Assembly (NCBI GenBank): GCA_965218795.1
Contig: OZ244653.1
Coordinates: forward strand, 3,360,001-3,424,000
DNA length: 64,000 nucleotides
Source: a bacterium
GTDB taxonomy: Bacteria; UBA8248; JACPRG01; G963555815
Reading direction: 5' to 3'
Part shown: piece after piece, positions 42,071 through 52,652 of the stretch
Position numbering within the stretch: position 1 is the first letter of the stretch
How the letters are laid out: the number at the start of each line of letters is the position of its first letter
Made by a program: the position numbers and the translations under genes
The notes under the pieces: model-generated
The model's database searches: none
Seen by the model: only the letters and a program-made list of their open reading frames with translations
Told to the model about the DNA's origin: nothing

Positions 42071-43500
42071 TCAAGAAGCTCGACGAGGGCCCCCTATTAC
42101 CGGGGCCTCTCTCAAACCCCGCGCAAGCCACACAAGACTGGCAACATAGAACAATATCATCATGAATTCCAGGTGGAATCTATGCCACGTTAAGTAGAAT
42201 GACCATCCACCCAAAAGGCACTTGTAGACGATGAGCAGAACGAAAAGCAGAGCCATTGCCGGGTTCTTCCTCGACAAGATTATCGCCCCCAGGACGAAAA
42301 GACCATATTCAAGGATGTGCAGAACGTGGCTGAAAGAACTGCCTTTCAGCAAATGAATGAAATCATCGGACTGATAGGACGTATAATTCCAATAGTTTCG
42401 AATATGCTTTGGGGCTTCAGGGGAGTGCAAGAGGGCCGCTGAAAAGCCAATGGGGTGACGGATGAAAGCCGAAGCCAAGTTCTTTGGATCATGGAAATCA
42501 ACCTTCATTTCTGCGAGTTTTGGATGCCTCTGCAAGAAAAGGCTTTGGTTGGCACGGAGATATAAAGGAGTCCACTTCCCCATGACCGAATGGTTTCTTA
42601 TCGTCCAGGGGATAAACACAACGATGAACCCGACAATGAACAAAACCGTCCCCTTGAAATGGGTTGTCCTTGATAAAATCAGCCAAAAGAAGAAAACGGG
42701 AACGAACAGAAAGTAGCCGACACGCACGAAGGTCACTGCGCCGAACAGGCAGCCCGCCAAAAACCCCCGCGATCCGCTGATCGGTTTTTCTGCCAGCAGG
42801 GAGAGAACCGTGAGCTGCATCAGAACGATGCCCAGCCCTTCGGTTCCGATGTAACTTCCATATGCGATGAAATACCCGCCTCCCGCTTGCAGGAAGGCGG
42901 CCAACGTTCCTGCGACTCGTCCGAGCAGGCGTCTTCCGATGATCCAGGTCACAACCAGACAGAGAGAACGCCAAGGGTGATTTGCGCTCCCCACGCAACC
43001 TTGAGGGACGTCCCGAAAACCCTGAAGAGCACGGCGAGGAACAACGGATACCCGGGCTTTTCCCAAAACAAGTCTTCATAAACGGCATCGAAGTTCTTGG
43101 CTGTCGCCGCTGCCGTCCTGAAATAACTGCCCGAGTCCGGCCCGTCCAGATATTGGGGATCCATGGTCTCAGCGGTGTGTTGAACAGCGCGAAATCGAGC
43201 ATAGGCCGCGAACAGGCCAATGAGGAGAATGAGCCACTTTTCGTTTGTTTTTAAAGCTTCGAAGCCCTTGTTCAGAGTCCCGGGAGCGAAAAAGTAAAGC
43301 CCGATCATCACCCACCCGAAAGTCACGGCAAGAAGGCAGTACAGTTCGAGGGCCTTCATGTCGAAGGCCTTCATGGCTGTGTGAGATATGTGTGAGAAGA
43401 GAACGATTCGATACAACGTCAAGGGAAGCCAAGGCCAGGCTGCCGAACACGAGAACCGCGAGAAAAACCCTGAGCCGTTTCAATAATTGCTCTCGTATGA
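42071..43500 (-). pseudogene. Second GT-C membrane glycosyltransferase, split by frameshifts
   Basis: PDSGSY, PGYPLFLA, IGTEGL, PWTIRN spread over three frames; TG duplication near 42950 gives WL* in place of WLTWII. Confidence 0.75.
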
Positions 43501-43921
43501 TTGACTGTTTCCCTTTGGTTGCCGCATATTGTTTTTCTCGGATGAAAGCATTGCATGGGAGGGCAAATGAAAATGCCCCAGGAAACCCATGTGCGGCTAA
43601 CTGCGCCAATTACCCCGCATCCAACGCAACCACTGCTTCAGGGCATTGGCCAAAAATACTAGCGTAGAACGCGAAAAATCAATCTTTCGCATCGACCCCA
43701 GGTGGAACCGTCGCCCACGGAATGGTCCTCTACAATTTTCTCTTTAGTGCACGACCAGGCCATCTTTACCCTTCTACGGAACGCAGGATGGAATTCACGT
43801 TTGGATGACGAGCGGGCCGCTCCGATTTCGCCGCGCTAGTCCCGGTGGTGCGGGCGGGTCCGCAGGCGGCCGATCTGTCAGCGCGAAACCTGGAAGGACT
43901 ATAAAGTAATGAGGAGAAAAG

Positions 43922-44815
43922 CTAGGGGGCGTTGAGCCTCCCGGGCTGAACCGCCTCGAATTCCGCTTTTTTCACCCTCGCCAGTTCGGACGCCGCTTCC
44001 ATCTCCTCCTGGGTCAGTGAACCCGCCGCCGTATCTCCGGCTACATCGCAAAAACCTGCCTCGAATGCGTCACGGGCCTCATCGTAGCTGACAATGCGTC
44101 CCCCCAGGGCTTCCCTGACCGAGATGGTCTTCTTCCTGAGATTGGCCGCCAGCCTCGCCCGGGCCTCATCGCTGGAGAGCTTGAACAGGGCGCAGAGCTT
44201 GTCGATGTCCAGGTCGAGCGGGATGGACCCGTGCTGGAGGACCGCGCCGCCGCCCCTGCGCTGCGCGCTCCCGACAATCTTTTTCCCTGCGGCCATGACC
44301 TCAAAGGCGGACGTTGACGAAAAGCAGGCCCCGGAACGGTCCCGCGGGTCCACCCGGTAGGTGGAAGGGGCCAATGTGGCGTCCACGCCAAGGTTGCGAA
44401 GCCCCGCCGCCAATCCGAGGCTGATCGCAGCGTAATCCCTCAGAATGGGAGCATGGGGAAGACCGGCAAGCGAGACGGCGGAATTCCCTCCCGGGTTCCG
44501 GGGGACGACGTCCGCCGGTTCCCACGGATCCTCCGGAAAAACGACGCTGTAGGTGAGCTCCACGTCATGGAGCACCGCGCGCCCGCCCGTAGGCCGGCGG
44601 ACCATGGGGATGCCGAGCCGTTCCAGGGCATCCACGTCGATGTCCCGCATGACGGATTGGCCGTAGCCCAGCGACAAGGCAGGCGGGTCCCACGCGAAGA
44701 AGCGGATGGTGGGCGGGCACGCGCCCTTCTGGACACCGCGCCAGAGAACCTCATCCACGGCCATGTTCCAGGCGCCTTCTTGAAAGCCTGTGTTCAACAA
44801 CCGCCAGGTGATCAT
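43922..44815 (-). CDS. Lipoate-protein ligase / octanoyltransferase (LipM/LplA family)
   Basis: NMAVDE, VRRPTGGRAVLH, KIVGSAQ, LQHGS. Confidence 0.93.
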   Translation of the reverse strand: MITWRLLNTGFQEGAWNMAVDEVLWRGVQKGACPPTIRFFAWDPPALSLGYGQSVMRDIDVDALERLGIPMVRRPTGGRAVLHDVELTYSVVFPEDPWEPADVVPRNPGGNSAVSLAGLPHAPILRDYAAISLGLAAGLRNLGVDATLAPSTYRVDPRDRSGACFSSTSAFEVMAAGKKIVGSAQRRGGGAVLQHGSIPLDLDIDKLCALFKLSSDEARARLAANLRKKTISVREALGGRIVSYDEARDAFEAGFCDVAGDTAAGSLTQEEMEAASELARVKKAEFEAVQPGRLNAP

Positions 44816-44903
44816 CTGAATTTCTTCGTATTTTGCTGGACCTTACGGGCTTTTTTGGAGGCGGCGCGCCCTGCCTCAACAATGCCCCCTGGGAATTCCC
44901 GTC

Positions 44904-47900
44904 TCAGGCCGCGCTTCCTTCGAAATCCCGGTGGGCCTGGACGATCCGTTCCCAGATCTTTTTCGTCGCCAGGCCGTCGAGATCGGCAATCGAGACACGG
45001 TTGGGCAGGACCTCGGGCAGGCTCGTGAGAGGCTCGCTCAGGCAGAGATGCTTGTTGGCGGCCAGGTCGTCGATTCGGTCCACGGGCGTGAAATGCGGAA
45101 CCGTCTGGAGGACTTCCGGGTTCTCGTGGACGATTTGATGAATGGCCGTCACGATGTCGGCGAATCGGTCGAGTTCTTCTTTCGAATAGCTTTCCGTCGG
45201 CTCCACCATCAGACCGTAAATCTCGGGGAAAGCGACCGTCGGCGCGTGCAGACCGAAATCCAAAAACAGCTTGCCGATCCGGGAGATGATACTGGATCGT
45301 TTCGTCCCGGAGGCCTCAATCTTCGCAAAGCTCTCCTCGCTCAGCGTCAGGATGAACTCATGCATCCGCGGAGACCCCTCCGCTCCGGCGGGAAGGGTCG
45401 GGTAAAGCCCGCTGAGCTTCTTGAACAGGTACCGGGCGGCGAGGACCGACACGGCGGCCATGCGGCGGATACCGTCTTTCCCCAGCGCCCGGAGATAGGT
45501 GTAACACCGCACCTTGTGGGCGAAGTTGCCGAAATGACGGTGAACCGACCCGATGGATTTGGCGGGTTTCTCGAACCGGAAGCCCTCATCGGTCCGAATC
45601 ACCTGAATCCCCGGCAGGAAATCCACCAGTTTCCCGCTCACCGCCACAAACGCGTCTCCCGGCCCGCCCCCGCCGTGAGGGATCGTCCAGGTCTTATGCG
45701 TATTGTTGTGGACGGCGTCCACGCCGAGCTTTCCGAGGTCCACCCATCCGGCGATGGCGTTCATGTTGGCCCCGTCCATGTACACCAGACCCCCCACGCC
45801 GTGAATCTTGTCGGCCATCTCCTTGAAGCGCGTTTCCAGGAGCCCGGATGTATTGGGATTCGTCACCATCACGCCGCAGATCCGACTGCCGTACTTCTCG
45901 ACGAGATCTTCAAGATGGTCCATGTCCATCTGGCCGGTTGAATCGGCCTCGATCTCGACGACGCCGTATGCCACGCCATCGACGACGCGCGTCTGAAAGC
46001 CGGCGACCGCCGCCGTAGCGGGATTCGTGCCGTGGGCGGTGTGGGGGATGAGGATCACGTCGCGGTTTGTGTCACCGTTGTCCCGGTGATAGGCCTGGAA
46101 CAACTTGATGCCCACCAGCTCGCCCTGAGCGCCCGCGACGGGCTGAGTGGTCACGGCCGCGAGTCCGGTGATGGCCTTGAAGTGCTCCTGGGTGAGGTAA
46201 ATGACTTCCAGCGAGCCCTGGGCGTCCTCGACGGGCGCTTGCGGGTGGAGGTTTCCAAAGCCGGGCAGGGCGGCCGCCCAGTCGTTGATGTAGGGGTTGT
46301 ACTTCATCGTGCAGGAACCCAGCGAGTAGACGTTGTCATCCGGGCTCACGTTCTGCTCCCCGAGGCCGGCGTAGTAATCCTTAAGCGTATCCACGTCGAA
46401 GCGGGGGAGATCGAGAGGAGATTTACGGATGTGCGCTTCAGGAAATTCGGGCGGAACGTTCGACGCAGACGCGGCCTCACCGAACTGAGCCCGGAAAAAC
46501 GCCGCCAGCTTGCCGCAGTCCTCCTCCGTCTGGACGTCGGAGAACGAGACCAACAGATGCTCCCCGCCTGACCCGTCAACCCGGGAAGACACATCCACGC
46601 CGATCTGGATGCCTGCCTGATCCGCTTTCGCAATCAGATCGGAAGCCTCTCCGGGAAGCCGCAGGACGAACTCGTTGAAGAACGGAGTCTCCGGAAAGGC
46701 CAGATCCACCCCCTCCATCGCGCAAAGGTCCCGGGCGGCCTTGGCGGCGCGTTCTCTCGCCGTTCCGCACGCCTCCGCCAGGCCTTCGGCCCCACGCTCC
46801 AGAAGGGCCGCGCCGGCTACGGTTGCGACATAGGCCTGGTTGGAACATATGTTCGACGTCGCCTTTTCCCGCCGGATGTGCTGCTCGCGCGTAGAGAGAA
46901 CAAGCAGGTAGCCGTTCCGTCCTTTCAGATCCTTTCCTTTGCCGACGAACCGGCCGGCCGTCTGGCGAATATCATTCTTGTTCGCTTCCGTGAACCGAAT
47001 GCCGAAAATTCCGAGGCCCGGCCCGCCGTAATTGGGTCCGATGGCCAGATGCTGCCCTTCCGCCACAAACATATCGCTCCCATCGCGCCCGAACTCCCGC
47101 GGAGGCTTCAATCCCCCGGGCCCCATCAGGATCGGATCGACCACGGCGACGCTCTTGACGCCCAGTTCCCTGGCCAGATCGGTGATCTCATCCACATCCT
47201 CCAGGCTGCCGAGACAATTGACGTGGGGGAAACAAATCGCGGAGAGGTTCTCACCAATATCTTCAGCAAGCGCCCGTAGTTCGGGGACCGCTATTTTGCC
47301 GGTTCGGGAACCCAGGGGCTGGACGCTGATTTCCAAGTCGGTGTCCTCCGACATGGTCTTCAAGACTTCCAGATCACCGGGAAAAAGCGAGCCGGCGGCG
47401 ATCGCTACGCTCGATCCCTTCACCAGGCGTTGCGCGCACTTCAGGGCCTCGAACAGCGCCGTGGAGCGGTCATAGAGCGATGCATTGACCGCCTCAAAAC
47501 CGGTGATGGCGGCCACCGCACACTGATAAATCCAGTGGGTAATCAGGCTCCCCTGACTTCGTTCCGGCTGATAAGGCGTGTACGAGGTGGTCAGCTTCCG
47601 AATGCCGAGGGCATACGGGACGATCTCGGCCACTTTGAACTGCTGAAGGCCATCGCCCAGGAAGGAAGGCTTGAGCGCGTTTTTCTGTGAGAGATCGAAC
47701 AGGTGCTGCTGGAGTTCTTCGTAAGAAAGCTCCTCCGGCAGATCCAGATCCCCCTCGAGACGGCAATCCTCAGGGACGTGATCGTAGAGCGCTTCCAGGC
47801 TCTCTACGCCGATCTCCACCAGCATGGCCTGGATATCTTCCTCGCTTGCGGAGATGTAATGACGCTTGAGTTCCCTGGAAAGGCTCGTCGGATCATAGTC

Positions 47901-47933
47901 CAGGGGGGGTACCGCGGTCGGAGGATTGGCCAT
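44904..47933 (-). CDS. gcvP: Glycine dehydrogenase (decarboxylating), single polypeptide
   Basis: YTPYQPE, REQHIRREKATSNICSNQ, LGSCTMKYNP, HGTNPA, PLP-Lys in HKT. Confidence 0.95.
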   Translation of the reverse strand: MANPPTAVPPLDYDPTSLSRELKRHYISASEEDIQAMLVEIGVESLEALYDHVPEDCRLEGDLDLPEELSYEELQQHLFDLSQKNALKPSFLGDGLQQFKVAEIVPYALGIRKLTTSYTPYQPERSQGSLITHWIYQCAVAAITGFEAVNASLYDRSTALFEALKCAQRLVKGSSVAIAAGSLFPGDLEVLKTMSEDTDLEISVQPLGSRTGKIAVPELRALAEDIGENLSAICFPHVNCLGSLEDVDEITDLARELGVKSVAVVDPILMGPGGLKPPREFGRDGSDMFVAEGQHLAIGPNYGGPGLGIFGIRFTEANKNDIRQTAGRFVGKGKDLKGRNGYLLVLSTREQHIRREKATSNICSNQAYVATVAGAALLERGAEGLAEACGTARERAAKAARDLCAMEGVDLAFPETPFFNEFVLRLPGEASDLIAKADQAGIQIGVDVSSRVDGSGGEHLLVSFSDVQTEEDCGKLAAFFRAQFGEAASASNVPPEFPEAHIRKSPLDLPRFDVDTLKDYYAGLGEQNVSPDDNVYSLGSCTMKYNPYINDWAAALPGFGNLHPQAPVEDAQGSLEVIYLTQEHFKAITGLAAVTTQPVAGAQGELVGIKLFQAYHRDNGDTNRDVILIPHTAHGTNPATAAVAGFQTRVVDGVAYGVVEIEADSTGQMDMDHLEDLVEKYGSRICGVMVTNPNTSGLLETRFKEMADKIHGVGGLVYMDGANMNAIAGWVDLGKLGVDAVHNNTHKTWTIPHGGGGPGDAFVAVSGKLVDFLPGIQVIRTDEGFRFEKPAKSIGSVHRHFGNFAHKVRCYTYLRALGKDGIRRMAAVSVLAARYLFKKLSGLYPTLPAGAEGSPRMHEFILTLSEESFAKIEASGTKRSSIISRIGKLFLDFGLHAPTVAFPEIYGLMVEPTESYSKEELDRFADIVTAIHQIVHENPEVLQTVPHFTPVDRIDDLAANKHLCLSEPLTSLPEVLPNRVSIADLDGLATKKIWERIVQAHRDFEGSAA

Positions 47934-48123
47934 TCGTCCCGCCTCCAAGGTCAGTTCATCTTTGCGGGAATCCACTTACGTCCACATGCGAGGCGGACCC
48001 ATTGATGGGAAAATGATCGCGAGCTTATCCCACAAAGGTATTGCGCCCCGCGGCCCGCCGGGATTCACATGAGGCCAAACATTCTCGATCATCGATCAGG
48101 GTGCGCCCTCGGCACCTCGGATA

Positions 48124-48513
48124 TCAACTGCTCTCTTCCTGCACGAAATTCTGATAGGCTTCCGCGGAAAGAAGCACATCCAATTCCGATTTGTCCGACA
48201 TCTCGATAAGAAGCATCCAGCCGTTTTCGTAAGGATCGGAATTGATGACTTCGGGGCTTTCCTCCAAAGCACGATTGACTTCCTTCACTTTCCCGGAAAC
48301 AGGGGAAAACAGATCCGAAACAGCCTTGACGGATTCCACCACGCCAAAGGTGTTTCCGGCCTCTACACCCGCTCCTGCATCGGGAAGCTCGACGTAGACC
48401 ACGTCTCCCAGCTGGCTCTGCGCGTAATCGGTGATCCCGACGCGCAGGGTGTCTCCTTGCACAAGGGCCCATTCATGCTCTTTCGTGTACAGAAGCTCTC
48501 CCGGAAATTCCAT
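48124..48513 (-). CDS. gcvH: Glycine cleavage system H protein
   Basis: GITDYAQSQLGDVV, ESVKAVSD lipoyl Lys. Confidence 0.98.
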   Translation of the reverse strand: MEFPGELLYTKEHEWALVQGDTLRVGITDYAQSQLGDVVYVELPDAGAGVEAGNTFGVVESVKAVSDLFSPVSGKVKEVNRALEESPEVINSDPYENGWMLLIEMSDKSELDVLLSAEAYQNFVQEESS

Positions 48514-48728
48514 CTTTCCTCCCCTTCAGCCGGCCGGCCGCTATCCGGCTGGTTCACGAAATGGAACGGCTCTTCAATGGGGACCTGTCCAGCAAGAAAC
48601 GAAGCGCCACGGCATTTCTCAGGCAGGCACCTCCACATTTTCGAATTTCAATTCTCCACAGCCGTTCAAGCTAATCGTTGCGCTCTGGTCCGTCAAGGGG
48701 TGGTCAAGCTCATCCATACCAACGCGCA

Positions 48729-49889
48729 TCAGCCCTTCGAATCGTCGAGGGCGGCGCCGATCACGGGCTCGGCAGACGCCCGGAGGAGCTCGCCCGTGCC
48801 CCCATTCATCAACGCCAGGGCGCGCGCGTCCCGGAAGAGCCGTTCCGCCGGATATTCCGCCGAGAAACCGTATCCTCCATGGACCTGGATCGTCTCCGAC
48901 CCGGCCTTGAGCGCAGCCTCGGAGGCGAACGATCGGGCCTGGGCAATCCACGGCCGGCAACCTTCCAGCTCCAAGGCCCTCCCTTCCGCTTCAGCAGCGG
49001 CCCGGTAGACCAGCAGGCGGGCCGCCTCCACATCGAAGACCATCTCGGCGATCATCTCTTGAACCAGCTGGAAACTGCCGATAGGCCGGCCGAACTGCTT
49101 TCGCTCCTTGGCGTAATCTCCCGACACGTCGAGGCAGTCCTGAATCAATCCGACTGAGATCGCCGCCAGGAAAAGGTCAGCAAGATGGCGGAGATTTCTC
49201 CATACGCTTTCTCCGGCGTCGAGCCCGGCTGAAGAATCGACGGGACTCGCCTGGAAGGTCCATTGCGCAAAATCGACGGGTCTGAGGCCGAGCTTCCGAT
49301 CCATGGGAGCAACCCCGGCTCCGTCCAATTCGGGCGTCAGGAGAAAACCTTCCAGACCGTCGGCGGATCGGGCAAAAAGGGAGGCCAGACCGGCAGTTTG
49401 GCCGTTCACCACCCAGTCGGCTTCCCCATCGAGCTTCCATCCTTGGCCGGCCCGCCCAACTCGGATTCCGGCGGAAGGCGAACCGCTCTCTTCATTCGCA
49501 AGGGACGCCGGTTCGATCAGGGCCGTGCCAACCGTTTTCCCAGCGGCAATCTCCGGCAGCCATCGGGATCGCTGTTCATCCGAACCACATGCAACCAGAA
49601 TGGCGGGAAGCAGAAAGGCGTGATAGGTCACGGTTACGGCGAGCGAGGCTGAGGCGCGGCCCAACGCCTCGGCCACAATGATTTGCGTGAGGCGGGTGAC
49701 TTCGCTCCCGCCGGCAGATTCGGGAACGGCAAGCCCCAACAGACCCAATTCGGCCATTTGCGCCAGAACGCCTTCGGGGATGGATTCTTTTTCATCCATC
49801 TCCATCAGGATCGGCCTGACCGACTCCTCGCCGAATTGTCCAATCATGTCCCGCAGGAGCTTTTGCTCTTCTGTGTATTCGAACTCCAT
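48729..49889 (-). CDS. Acyl-CoA dehydrogenase family protein (degenerate active-site motifs)
   Basis: YAKERKQFGRPIGSFQ, IQVHGGYGF, ERLFRDAR. Confidence 0.88.
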   Translation of the reverse strand: MEFEYTEEQKLLRDMIGQFGEESVRPILMEMDEKESIPEGVLAQMAELGLLGLAVPESAGGSEVTRLTQIIVAEALGRASASLAVTVTYHAFLLPAILVACGSDEQRSRWLPEIAAGKTVGTALIEPASLANEESGSPSAGIRVGRAGQGWKLDGEADWVVNGQTAGLASLFARSADGLEGFLLTPELDGAGVAPMDRKLGLRPVDFAQWTFQASPVDSSAGLDAGESVWRNLRHLADLFLAAISVGLIQDCLDVSGDYAKERKQFGRPIGSFQLVQEMIAEMVFDVEAARLLVYRAAAEAEGRALELEGCRPWIAQARSFASEAALKAGSETIQVHGGYGFSAEYPAERLFRDARALALMNGGTGELLRASAEPVIGAALDDSKG

Positions 49890-50071
49890 GCGCTGCTCCT
49901 GACAAGCAGGGCTTTTCGTCTGTCATAGGATGCCTCATACTACTTGTTAACCGGCCCGAAAATCAAAATTACGCAGTGTGAAAGCCGCTTTCCAGCCCTC
50001 CTTCAGGAGTGTCTCCATTGACCGACATTGAAAATCCAGTGAAAGGGGGGAACGGGAAACCGGGAACTCCC

Positions 50072-50347
50072 ATGGAGGAAGCCCGCAGGCTCCGCGCGTT
50101 CGGGGAAGACCTGATGGATCGCGGAGAGATGATGGGCGCCGCCGAGACCCTGACCCGGGCCTTGATTCTCTTCCTGCAGATCGATCAGGATGACGAGGTA
50201 AAAACCACGGAACTCTTGCTGACCAAGGTTGTACCGGATATCGGCCCGTTCGCTTATGCAGAAATCCGCCGGACATTGGAAATTGAAATGGGGGTTCGCT
50301 CTCCAGACCCCCCCGAGGGACCAGCACCCAGCCAAGAGGAGCCGTGA
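50072..50347 (+). CDS. Hypothetical helical protein
   Basis: Plausible ORF with GC-rich third positions; no family recognised. Confidence 0.45.
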   Translation: MEEARRLRAFGEDLMDRGEMMGAAETLTRALILFLQIDQDDEVKTTELLLTKVVPDIGPFAYAEIRRTLEIEMGVRSPDPPEGPAPSQEEP

Positions 50348-50348
50348 C

Positions 50349-50624
50349 ATGCCCGCGGATCCGGGCGGCCAGACGCGCTCGGCCCTGGAGGGGATGAAGA
50401 AGAGCCTGGAGGAGGCGGGCGCAACCCTTGACGACGTCGTGGAGCGCACCCGCTTTGTCACCGACCTTTTCGATCAGGACGCCATGAATGAAGCGTGGGG
50501 GTGGGGAGGGTACGTTACGGGGAGCAAGCCCACAACCGTAACGGTCCAGGTGGTCAAGCCCGCCACGGACCCGCGGTGCATGGTGGAAATCAGCGCCATC
50601 GCCGTTGTCAACAACGAAGCCTGA
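50349..50624 (+). pseudogene. RidA/YjgF-family protein lacking its N-terminal strands
   Basis: QTRSALE..LEEAGATLDDVV..PTTVTVQV..DPRCMVEISAIAV. Confidence 0.65.
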
Positions 50625-50720
50625 GACCGCAAGGAAGGATTCTACCGCCTCATCCCTTTCCCCCTGTCGCAGAACCGGACGACTCAAGTTCGTCACCGTA
50701 CCCAAAGGGCCACGGAACAC

Positions 50721-51245
50721 ATGCCTGGGAAATCGCGCGCGCCGCTTACCCTCCCCAAGGGCTGCCAAAACGTCATCAAGGGGCTCAAATCCGCCGACGT
50801 CCGGGTCCTGGCCATGGTTACGGATACGAACATTGCGCCGATGATCGCCGAAGTATCGAACGACCCGTTTTTCAACTCCGTCCGCTGCTGCAGCGAAGAG
50901 GAGGCCGTTGCCGTTGCGGCCGGCGCGGCGCTTGCGGGCCGGCGAAGCGCAACGATTTTCCAGAACGCGGGACTGTTCAGCAGCGGCCGGGGGATCGCGC
51001 TGGCCCAGACGGTCTCAGCGCCTGTTGTCATGCTGATCAGTCACCGGGGGGATGATCAGGATCCCGTCCCATACCATCTGTACAAAGGACAGAAGACCGA
51101 ACCGCTCCTCAGCGCGTTGGGCGTCCGCCTCGCGCACGCCAACCCTGAGCAGCCTTTGGAGGATCAGGTCGCCCGGGCCGTCGCCTACGCCCAGGCGGCC
51201 CGCGACCCGTTCGCCCTGCTGCTTTCGCGAAGGGCTCTGCAATGA
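50721..51245 (+). CDS. TPP-dependent decarboxylase PYR subunit (sulfopyruvate decarboxylase ComD-like)
   Basis: EEEAVAVAAGAALAG..QNAGL..SHRG. Confidence 0.8.
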   Translation: MPGKSRAPLTLPKGCQNVIKGLKSADVRVLAMVTDTNIAPMIAEVSNDPFFNSVRCCSEEEAVAVAAGAALAGRRSATIFQNAGLFSSGRGIALAQTVSAPVVMLISHRGDDQDPVPYHLYKGQKTEPLLSALGVRLAHANPEQPLEDQVARAVAYAQAARDPFALLLSRRALQ

Positions 51246-51841
51246 ATCAGCTCCCCGGCCGCGAAGCGTATTTGCGAAGGCTCGCCCCCAAAGCCGACGG
51301 GCGGATTGTCGTGAGCTATCTCGGGAGTTCCGCCCGGATCTGGTCGAGGCTCCGCCCCGAGGGCCCCAACTTCATCAACCGGGATTTCATGGGCCTGAAC
51401 CTCTCCGTCGCGCTCGGCATGGCCATGGCTCAACCCGATCAATCCGTGATCGTGATGGAAGGAGACGGCGGGTTGCTGATGAAACTGGAAAGCCTCGTCA
51501 CCGTCGGCGCCAAGGCCCCGCCGAACCTTCTCGTCCTGACCTTTTTCAATAACTGGTACGTGACGGGAGGCGGACAGCCGCTGCCGTCCGGCGCGCTCAA
51601 CCTGGAGGATTTTGCCAAAGCCGCGCGGTTCCCCCAGACGGCCACGGTGGATTCACCCGAAGCCTTTGACGCCGCTTTGGATCGAATGCTCGATTCGGGG
51701 CGCCTCGGATATATCAACGTCCGGGTTGCCCATGATACCGAGTCGGACGTTCACGGATCGGTCGAACACGAAAATCGGGTCCCGCCGACATTGAAAATGC
51801 GGACCGATTTTACACGCTGGATACAAGAGCGGCGTTCCTGA
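51242..51841 (+). CDS. TPP-dependent decarboxylase PP subunit (ComE-like)
   Basis: MGL..ALG, EGDGGLLM..NN..TGGGQ TPP motif. Confidence 0.82.
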   Translation: MNQLPGREAYLRRLAPKADGRIVVSYLGSSARIWSRLRPEGPNFINRDFMGLNLSVALGMAMAQPDQSVIVMEGDGGLLMKLESLVTVGAKAPPNLLVLTFFNNWYVTGGGQPLPSGALNLEDFAKAARFPQTATVDSPEAFDAALDRMLDSGRLGYINVRVAHDTESDVHGSVEHENRVPPTLKMRTDFTRWIQERRS

Positions 51842-51982
51842 GAACCACGGACGCCGAAACCCTGACGGAGACCGGAAATGCGGCCTTCCAGCAACGGGAC
51901 CGGGGGCTCCTTCACACGGATATCGAGCGGTCCAGGGTCTTCAAGATGGACTTGGGGCGGAATGACGAGGAGATGATATCTG

Positions 51983-52594
51983 TTGGCTGACCCTCTTCGA
52001 ATCCTTGTCCTCTGCGGAAGCATCCGGCGGCCTTCTTATACGATGGCTCTCGCCCGGAGCGCCGAACGCGCCTTGGTTCAGCGGGGGTCCCGGGTCGTGG
52101 TTTGGGATTTTATCGGGAAGCCGCCTCCTATCGCCGACCCGGAGCATCACGCGGATCCTCATTCGAATCCCGACGCCTTCGTCCGGGAATTGGCCGACAT
52201 TGCGGACAATAGCGACGGGTTTATCTGGGCGTCTCCGGTCTACCATAACTCCTATGCAGGAGTGCTGAAAAACGCCCTGGATAACCTGACGATCCCCCAA
52301 TTCGCCTACAAGCCCGTCGGCCTGATGGGACACGGCACCGATCGGACGACACAGGCCGTTGATCCCCTGAGAATTGTTGTCCGGGGCTTGCACGGCGTCT
52401 CTTTGACGGCAAACGTGTGCACGTGTGCCGAAGATTTTCAGGAGGCCAAGGGCGGGCAAGACTACGAGGTTGATTCAAGAGTGATTCTTGAACGCATCGA
52501 TCGATTCGTCGACGAACTCCTGGAATTCGCCGAAGAATTCAGACAGCTTCGTGAAAAACGAAGAGCGGGGGAGGAGGGGGCGCATGGCCGATAA
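51983..52594 (+). CDS. NADPH-dependent FMN reductase
   Basis: GSIRRPSYT, SPVYHNSYAGVLKNALD. Confidence 0.9.
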   Translation: MADPLRILVLCGSIRRPSYTMALARSAERALVQRGSRVVVWDFIGKPPPIADPEHHADPHSNPDAFVRELADIADNSDGFIWASPVYHNSYAGVLKNALDNLTIPQFAYKPVGLMGHGTDRTTQAVDPLRIVVRGLHGVSLTANVCTCAEDFQEAKGGQDYEVDSRVILERIDRFVDELLEFAEEFRQLREKRRAGEEGAHGR

Positions 52595-52652
52595 CCAATC
52601 CGCCGCGCAGTATCTCGTTGAGCAGGTTCAGAAATAACTGTAGAGGCGAGAA

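Noticed and set aside
47976-48123. Glycine riboswitch between gcvH and gcvP
   Set aside because: Only a CCGAGGGCGCA similarity; the GGAGA and CTCTCAGG core elements are absent
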